A DNA stretch of 64,000 nucleotides, from assembly GCA_963845755.1 (NCBI GenBank), contig CAWJTV010000034.1, positions 416,001 to 480,000 of the forward strand, given 5' to 3'. The position numbers and the translations under genes were made by a program. Below the pieces are notes generated by a model that searched no databases, had not been told where the DNA came from, and was given only the letters and a program-made list of their open reading frames with translations. This document shows, piece after piece, positions 56,587 to 64,000 of the stretch; the stretch's first letter is position 1; each line of letters begins with the position of its first letter. The stretch comes from an uncultured Planctomycetota bacterium. Lineage in GTDB: Bacteria; Planctomycetota; Planctomycetia; Isosphaerales; Isosphaeraceae.

Positions 56587-59551
56587 TCAGTCGTTCTTGA
56601 ATCGGATCTCGCCCAGATCGGTGGTCTCGCCGGCCCGAACCGTCGCATCCTTGAAGGCCACGCGACGATCCTTGGCCGCCATCCCGCTCTCCACCACCAG
56701 AGAGTACTTGCAACCGGTCGGCACATCGCTCCGGACGAACTTGCCAGTCGCGTCCGAGGTCAGCCAACCCGCCAGGCTCAGGCTGAAATCACCGCCGGGC
56801 TGCGGATCGGTCCGGATCGTGGCCCCCGAAACCGGATTGCCATCGGCGTCCAGCACGCGTCCGGCAATCGTCGCCAACGGCTCGAGCGCGACGGTCACCG
56901 GGCCCTTCGTGTCGTCTCCGGGCTTGACGTGGACGATCTTGCCCAGCTTTCGCTCCTCCTGGATGACGAGGACCATCCGATCCTCCTCGGGGGCGAGGGT
57001 CACCACTTCGAACTCGGCCCCGTGCTTGACGTTCCATTCGTGGCGCCCGCGGCTCGTCCGTCCGCCGACCTTCAGTTCGGTCACGGGCTTGCCATGAGGA
57101 TCGACGACCCGGACCCGAACTTTCGCCCCGGCAAGGAGCGCGAGATCAACCGGGATGACCTTCGTCCCCTCGGCAGGATTGATCTCCTTCATGACCGTCG
57201 GCCAGTACTTGCCGGGATTGACCGGGTTGCGGTAGGTCGGGAAATGACCATGCTCGTTCTTGCCCTTGATCGACTCGGAGCCGGCACCCTGGAGATAGGG
57301 CTTGTCCGAGTGGGAAACCACGCCGACGATCGCTCGTCCCGGCAAGCCCACCAGGCGGTACGTCCCGTCCGCCTTGGTCTGATATCGATCCTGGTACGTG
57401 ACACCGTTGGTGTTGCCATGCTTGTCGAACACGGAGGTTGCCTGGGCGAACGTGTTCTCCAGGAAAGGAAGGTAGTGCAGCCAGGCGCCGGGAACCGGCT
57501 TGCCGGTCTCCTGGTCGGTGACTTTTCCTTCGATCCAGATCCCTTTGTCCAGGCCGATCTCGACCGGGACCGGAGCGATCCCCGGCGGGTCCGGCACCTC
57601 GTAGTCTTTCAGGAAATACGGCTGATCGTCGTTCGGAGCCACCAGGACTTTATTCCCGCGACCCTTGGGGAAGCCGACCAGTCGGAAGCGGCCTTGCCCG
57701 TCGGTTGTCGTCTTGAGGTCCCTGATCCCGTGCATGACCGCCCCGGCAAAATGCTCGCTCCGTACGTTCGCTCCCGCCAGGGGCTGCCCCGTCTTGGCGT
57801 CGCGGACGATCCCCTCCACCGGCCGGCCGGGAGCCGCGGTATAGGTGAAATCCGCCCCGAAGACACGATCGCCCTCCGAGCCATAGTTCGAGGGGAATCC
57901 CTTCGCGGGGATCGGCTCCATTCGTCGCGTGACCACATTCAGCGAGTTGTAACCGATGGTCGGACCCTGGATGGTGATATGGACCACCCTCTCGCCTCCA
58001 AGTCCATCGAGCCGGAATCGGCCGTGGGCATCGGTCGTCGCCTGGGGTCGCTTCTCTTCCGGCTTGATCGGTGGCTCGTAGACCAGTTGGTCATAGGCCG
58101 TCCAGGGCGGCTCACCCCGCTTGACCGCCTCGATCCAGCGGTCCAGGTTCTCGCCCTTGGGCTTGGTGATCTGCGTGACCTGCACCGCGACCCCGGCGAC
58201 CGGCCGGCCTTCGAGGTCGACGATCCGACCGGTGATGGGTACGCCGGCCGGCTTCTGCGGCGATGTCGGAGCGGCCTTGGCGACGGTCGCGGCTTTCGAG
58301 GGCACCGGCTCCTGGCTCGGTTCCGGTACGGCACGGCCTGCCGCGGCGGACGTCTCTGACCCCGGCCCTTCGGCGAGGGCCGCGGGATGGTCCAGACCGA
58401 CGCCGACGAGGCCGACGAGCATGGTCCCGGCCAGGCCCGCGATCAGTGTCGCGGCGATGGTCCGGGCGCCGGCCCGCGTGGAGAGGTTCCGCGTCGAGTC
58501 GAGGATCCGCGCGATCCGACGGGCCAGCATCGACCGGAGCGAGATCATCCCGACGCCCGCCGGCGCCAGCGGCGGCAATTGCCGTTGGGCCAGCTCGAGC
58601 AGGAGACCCGCATACCGGCCACGGTCGGCGCCGAAGGCCACCACGTGATCGTCGCAGACCTCCTCGGCCGTCTCCTCCAATCGCTTCGACAAGGCCCAGA
58701 GCAAGGGCTGTACCCAGAAGAGCGCCGTGGCCGCCTGACGCAAGACGTTCCACAATCCATCCCGGCGCGCGCAGGTGGGCTAGCTCGTGCACGAACGTAT
58801 CGCGCAGGTTGTCCTCGGCGTCCTCGGGCAGCAGGATGGCCGGCTTGCGGAGCCCGTCCAGGCAGGGACTCGACAGGAACGGCGTGCGCAGGACCGCAGG
58901 CGGCCCCAGGTGCATCCGTCGTGCGAGGTCGCCACAGAGTGCCCGTACGTCCGGCTCCGCCTCCATCGCTGTCGAGCGCAGGTTCCTCATCCGACGATGC
59001 CCCAGGACCAGGCGCAGGCCCAGCACGACGGCTCCCAGCAGCCACGCCGCGAGAATCAGTAGACCCGCCCCGACGATCCGATCCGCCCATCGGGACAGGG
59101 CATTCGACGGGACGGCCGCCGGTGTCATCGACATCCTCGCTGAGGCAATCGACGCTCCGCTGGCCGGGATGCCCGGCATTGTGGCCAGCAAGGGAGTCGG
59201 CCTGGTCGGCAACGTCCATTCCTCGGTCGGTTCGTTGCCGTCCGGGGTTGCCCGTGCCGCCGGCGCGGAAGGCAGATTGGCAATCAAGGCGTCGTCAACC
59301 GCCACGGGGGCCGGTAACGGGATCAGAAGGCCATCGAACCCCACCGCCGCCATCGACATCGAGGCGATCGGGCAGAGCATGACCGCCCCGAGCGTGGTGC
59401 GATAGAGGGCCGACTGGACCGCCGGCCCTCGCCTCCTCAGCAGACGACCGGCCAGCAGGCCGACGATCAGCAGGGCGGTCGACTGGATCAGCCAGCTCAG
59501 GATCAGTCCCGCCGCGTTCCACGAACCGACTGCAAGGAATTGCCCCATCAT
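56587..59551 (-). CDS. BlaR1-type M56 metallopeptidase with one beta-sandwich module (frameshift near 58770)
   Basis: HELAH, FWVQPLLW...EEVCDD; paralog of the neighbouring gene. Confidence 0.9.
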
Positions 59552-59564
59552 CGCCGCGCCTCCT

Positions 59565-59939
59565 TCAGCCCTTCTGATGTTGATCGATCAACCGGTGCAG
59601 TTCATCGAGCTCGTCCCGGGACAATCGCTCGCCCTTGAGCAGGTGAGCGACCAGGCTGCCCACGTTGCCGCCGAAGACGCGATCCAGCATCTCGCGGGCG
59701 GCGGTCCGCTTGACCTTGTCCTCTTTCAGGAGCGGAAAAAAGACGAAGGTCCGGTCGGCCGAGTCGTGTCCCACAGCCCCCTTCGCCTCGAGCTGCCGCA
59801 AGAGGGTTTGAACCGTACTGTGCGCCACGGGCTCGGATTCATTCAGGGCGTCCGTGATCTCGCGGGCACTGGCGCGCCCACGATCCCACAACACTTGCAT
59901 GATCCGGAACTGCATCCGCCCGAGTTGAATCTCACCCAT
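59565..59939 (-). CDS. BlaI/MecI/CopY family repressor
   Basis: IMQVLWDRG.ASAREI...STVQTLLRQLEAKG.V...FGG...LVAHL. Confidence 0.9.
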   Translation of the reverse strand: MGEIQLGRMQFRIMQVLWDRGRASAREITDALNESEPVAHSTVQTLLRQLEAKGAVGHDSADRTFVFFPLLKEDKVKRTAAREMLDRVFGGNVGSLVAHLLKGERLSRDELDELHRLIDQHQKG

Positions 59940-59963
59940 CGCCTTCGCCTCCCCGATCGCAGT

Positions 59964-60008
59964 GTCGTCTACTGCGATAAATTTACTGGAGTATACGACC
60001 GGTGTCAA
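59964..60008 (-). promoter_or_regulatory. sigma70 promoter with overlapping inverted-repeat operator for the BlaI-like repressor
   Basis: Minus strand TTGACA(60008-60003)-17-TAAATT(59985-59980); inverted repeat GTCGTCTAC-N18-GTATACGAC at 59964-59999. Confidence 0.75.
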
Positions 60009-60254
60009 CGGGGTGCGGTTTTCTTTCCGAGTCGGTTTCCAGAGTGATCGCTGGTTCGGATGTCCTCGCCGGGTCGGTGGGATCGCGATTCCGCCACGCC
60101 TTCGCCGGAGCAAGGCCGTCGCAACGTCGGCAAGGGCGGAAAAGAAAGGGGAAGGCCGGGGGTGCCCGGTAAGAGATGAGCTTCGGCATTTTCCGCGACC
60201 TGCTGAGGATCGCAGCCGGTCAGGGCGGTTCAAAGCATCCGCCGATGCGCACGT

Positions 60255-60403
60255 GCTAATCACCCGCCTTCCGGATTTTCCGGATTTTTTTATCCCCTGC
60301 AGCTATAGGGGTTTGCGCCGGCGATTTTCCCAAAAACGCGCGCAATGCATTAACGAAATTGAAAAGTTGCGGCATCCTATAAAGTAGGAGCTACGAGTAT
60401 GAC
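60255..60403 (+). repeat. Dispersed conserved non-coding element, copy 2
   Basis: Same ordered blocks as 1784-1920. Confidence 0.8.
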
Positions 60404-60926
60404 CACTTTGCGGGATTTTGGGAACATCCGTGCGCCACGCCACCCAGGAAGCGACTGTTCCTACCGGCCTACTGCCTCGTTCCAAGTCATTCCGGATCCT
60501 TGTGATCCGGAGTCGGACCTCGCCAAAATCTAAACTATGAGTGCCAAATCGTGCCATGGTCCCGGGTCAAGCCGTAACGATGCATACTTGCATGCATGAA
60601 CAGAATGCCGCACCCCGCCGACGAACCTGGCATGCCACGTCCGCAAAAACGCGAAAACGAAGCCACTTACGAGGCCCGACGGACCCGATTTCGTCAAAAC
60701 GAAGCCGCGGTTGTAGGATTTGAGAAAAGTTTGTCGATTATATCGAATGAATCGAGTGATACGGATAGCATGACCAGGCGGGAAAGAAACCTGCGGCAAT
60801 GCACTGTTGGCCAGGTAGCTCATCGAGACTCTGTCTTGTACATGATGGTTGCATGTCCGTGTGTCGCGCCTGGGGCTCTGTCGCGTCATAGACAAGTCGA
60901 GTTGGCGAGATTGAGGATGATCGACC

Positions 60927-62616
60927 ATGTTGCGCACAACTGTTGGATGGATGCTCTTGACCCTGGTGATTCCTGGTTCGCTGGCCTCCGGCCAGGAGCG
61001 TCGGCGCGATCCTTATGACGTCGTGATTCGTGGAGGCAAGATCGTCAACGGCACCGGGAATCCGTGGTTCGAGGGCGACGTCGCGGTCCGGGGCGATCGG
61101 ATTGCGGCGATCGGTCACCTGGGGGCCGACGTCGAGGCTCGCCGGGTCATCGATGCCAGGGGCCTTATCGTGGCTCCAGGCTTCATCGACATGCATTCGC
61201 ACTCCGATCGGGTGCTGCTCATCGACGGCGACGCCAACAGCAAGATCCGCGACGGCGTGACCACCGAGATTCTGGGCGAGGATACGTCGGCCGGGCCGGT
61301 CAAGGGAAAACTCAAGACTCGCGGCGACACTCCGCCGAGCTGGACGACCCTGGGAGGTTACTTCGATGCCCTCGAGTCGCGGGGGATTTCCGTAAATGTG
61401 GCGAGCTATACCGGGCTCGGGACCCTGCTGGGCTGCGTGCTGGGTGACTCCCTGGGCCGGCCTGACGCCGGACAGCTCGAATCCATGAAGGGACTTCTGG
61501 ACGAAGCCATGCGCGACGGGGCGATCGGCCTCTCCACCATGCTCGCCAGCCCGCGCGAGCTCGCCGTGACCACCGACGATATCGTTGCCCTCGCCGCGGT
61601 GGTCAAGCGGCACGGCGGCCTCTATTCGTCCCACATCCGCAACGAGGGAACGGAGGTCTTCGCGGCCGACAAGGAGGCGATCGAGATCGGCCGGCGCGCG
61701 GGGATTCCGGTTGACATCATCCATATCAAAATCGCCGACCAGACGCTCTGGCACCGCATGAACGAGATCATCGCGCTGATCGACGCCGCGCGACGTGAGG
61801 GTGTCAACGTTCAGGCAAATGTCTATCCCTACACGCGCGGCAATAATGATCTGGTCAGCATCATTCCCCCGTGGGCCCATGAGGGGGGGACCGGCCAACT
61901 GATCGCGCGGTTGAAGGATCCCCAGGTCCGCGACCGGCTCAAGGGCGAGATCCGCGCCGGTCTGCCCGGCTGGTACAACCATTACACGGCCGTGGGTGGC
62001 GACTGGGGGCGCATGCTCATCAGCGCCCGATTGTCCGCGGGAAACCGATCGTTCCAGGGCCAGACGATGGATCGGATTATCGCGGCGAAAACCGCCGGCA
62101 AGAGTCCGACGCCGGATCCCCTTGATGTCCTCTTCGACTTCCTGATCGAGGAGAATGGTTCGATCGGAACGATCTACGCCGCACCATACCGAGGAGGACA
62201 TGAACCTGGTGTTGAGTCAACCGTGGTGCTCGATCGGCTCCGATGGGTCCGCCCTGGCCATCGAGGGCCCGCTCCGGGCCGGTCACCCCCACCCGCGAAG
62301 CTTCGGGACGTTCGCGCGAGTGCTGGGCGAATATGTGAGGCAGCGCCGGCTCTTGAGGCTGGAGGACGCTGTCCGGAAAATGACGTCCCTGAACGCGGCG
62401 AAGGCCGGCCTCATCGATCGCGGCATCCTGCGACCGGGATTATCGGCTGACGTGACCCTCTTCGACCCGGCCACAGTCATCGACCATGCCACCTACCTCG
62501 AGCCGTTCCAGTACAGCACGGGAATCCGCTTCGTTCTGGTCAATGGCCAGGTCGTCCTCGACGACCGCCATCACACGGGGGCACATCCGGGTCGCGCCTT
62601 GCGCCATGGTCGCTGA
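60927..62616 (+). CDS. N-acyl-D-amino-acid deacylase (D-aminoacylase family), secreted (frameshift near 62180)
   Basis: APGFIDMHSHSD, SHIRNE, HIK, YPY, GSDG, HPRSFGTF. Confidence 0.9.
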
Positions 62617-62764
62617 AGACCAATCGGCTCGATGCCTCAGGAGACAAGCATGGTAAACGGACAGCACGATGAGCCTCACGGAATCCGTATGAGGAAGTTG
62701 CGTCTGTCGTTGAACCAACACGCCTTGTGGCCTTGTCCGTCCCTGGTCACATCCGGATTGGAAG

Positions 62765-62842
62765 AAAAAAAACCGGCCAACGATTAGGTTTCAGACGAGG
62801 ACCTCTCCCCTCCTCGTCCAAAACCCGATCGACTGGCCGGTT
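62765..62842 (-). terminator. Long hairpin plus U8 tract (intrinsic terminator, minus strand)
   Basis: AACCGGCCA...TGGCCGGTT stem with inner GGGTTTTGGACGAGGA/TCCTCGTCTGAAACCT helix; A8 at 62765-62772 on the + strand. Confidence 0.7.
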
Positions 62843-63059
62843 AGAAGCAGGCCATCAGCCCTTTACAACACGTGGACCGACGGCCATTGGCTTGAGAAAG
62901 GGCGAGCGGGGGGTCGTGCGAGGCGTCCCGCTCGCCCTTTGGCGGGGAGCCGAACCATGGTTATGGGACGGCGACGCCTTTGGGGTGGATGCTTAAAAGT
63001 TATCTGTCTGGGTTTTCATCACCCGTCGTCTTTGTCAGACTCTTGTGTTTGAGTTACGA
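62765..63059 (-). ncRNA. Candidate sigma54-dependent structured small RNA (~290 nt)
   Basis: Bounded by a sigma54 promoter and a terminator; two strong hairpins; no convincing ORF. Confidence 0.45.
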
Positions 63060-63069
63060 GAGGGTAGAA

Positions 63070-63086
63070 AGCAAACACAATGCCAA
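63070..63086 (-). promoter_or_regulatory. sigma54 (-24/-12) promoter
   Basis: Minus strand TTGGCATTGTGTTTGCT matches TGGCA-N-TTGC(T) with GG-N10-GC spacing. Confidence 0.65.
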
Positions 63087-63306
63087 CTCGCCTTCACACG
63101 GCAAGAACGTGGGGCCAAGGCGTCTGAGAATGCCCCATTAGTTTGTCGTATGTCCCGATTTTCTCAAGTCACTACGTCGTTCGGCCGGATCTTGAGATGT
63201 GGGAGTTCCTCATGCGCCGGCATCGAGCATGGCGGTCGGGGCTCGTATATTTTGTGGGCACTTTGGCCCAAGAAGAATGCATCTCCCTGGGATATCGAGA
63301 ATCCAG

Positions 63307-64000
63307 ATGAGCGGAGAGGAAGAAACCGGGAAGTTGGTGCTGGAAAATCTGGCTCAGTCTGTCATGGCCTGGGTTGGTCAGCAAAAAGAAAGAGCATTGA
63401 CCCGTTGGTTGCGTCGTGAGCTGGATTCGGATGGGGTTCCGGTCCGACTGAGGACCGCCGAGTGGCCGGAGTGTCTCAAGTTGCTTGTCGAGGTAAAACG
63501 CCGGGGAGGAGAGTGGCCGGAGAGTTCTGAGTCGCAAGTCCGCGGGCTGATCCTGGCGACGTTGCGGTTTGCCCGGCCTGATGGCGGGCTGTCGATGGGT
63601 TTCGACGAGTCACTCCAGGATTCCTCCCTGGCCCAGATGGCGACGGACTGGGCGACTTGCTACCGAGGCACGGGGATCGCTCGGGTGCTTCAATGGTGGT
63701 TCGATCCGGGTCGGAAGGAGCATGCTCCCCCTCCGCTGCCGGCCTGGTCCGCCCCGGATCGTGTCCTGGCCATCCTCCGTCCCGATTGGCTGGCCGCGGG
63801 GGATTTCCTGGCGATCGACCACCGAGATCCCCGAAGTCCTTGCCGGTTCGAGCTTTTCGGAGCGGGTCGTTCGTGGCTGGGACCGCAATGGAGCGTTGCT
63901 GGCGTGGACGCTCCGCGCTCGCGACCAAAGCCGCGGGTCTGGATCACCGGGTCCGCGGCCGACCTCGCCGAGTGGTCCTATCGCGCGGGGCCATTGCGGA
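63307..64000 (+). CDS. Hypothetical protein (partial), possibly heparinase II/III-like
   Basis: Open frame from ATG 63307 (MSGEEETGKL...LRFARPDG...LRPDW...FLAIDHR...LAEWSY) to the window end; absent from the ORF track because it has no stop. Confidence 0.65.
   Translation, partial: MSGEEETGKLVLENLAQSVMAWVGQQKERALTRWLRRELDSDGVPVRLRTAEWPECLKLLVEVKRRGGEWPESSESQVRGLILATLRFARPDGGLSMGFDESLQDSSLAQMATDWATCYRGTGIARVLQWWFDPGRKEHAPPPLPAWSAPDRVLAILRPDWLAAGDFLAIDHRDPRSPCRFELFGAGRSWLGPQWSVAGVDAPRSRPKPRVWITGSAADLAEWSYRAGPLR

Noticed and set aside
55741..58790. Programmed frameshift or phase variation right after HEXXH in both M56 genes
   Set aside because: One copy lacks a base and the other has an extra base. 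Both indels are in GGCGCGCC with no slippery sequence, which fits the window-wide CGCG error pattern.
60541..60556. sigma54 promoter TGGCACGATTTGGCA (minus strand)
   Set aside because: GG-to-GC spacing is 9 rather than 10.
60652..60706. AAAACGAAGCC direct repeat pair
   Set aside because: Only two short copies; not enough to assign a function.

Overview
GC-rich bacterial chromosomal DNA, very likely a Planctomycete of the Isosphaeraceae (Singulisphaera/Aquisphaera-like). This is inferred from the DUF1501, DUF1549/DUF1553 and DUF1800 genes, the BlaI/M56 giant proteins and the planctomycete-style palindromic repeats. About 45 CDS were identified by motif recognition only; no database search was run. 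No rRNA, tRNA, CRISPR array or transposase was seen. About 17 otherwise intact genes carry 1-2 bp frameshifts, most at CGCG tetramers, which suggests long-read basecalling errors at a methylated motif rather than real pseudogenes. Highlights: (1) an unannotated ~290-nt structured minus-strand RNA candidate between a sigma54 promoter and an intrinsic terminator; (2) three tandem paralogous small-protein genes sharing a leader motif, two ending in HPLWDR(D/E)LDG; (3) a ~140-bp non-coding element present twice, 58 kb apart; (4) a MerR-controlled VIT-vWA protein fused to a degenerate kinase; (5) a membrane-anchored sigma54 activator facing a sigma54 promoter; (6) a BlaI-twin M56-DUF1800-DUF1501 cluster with a clear promoter/operator.
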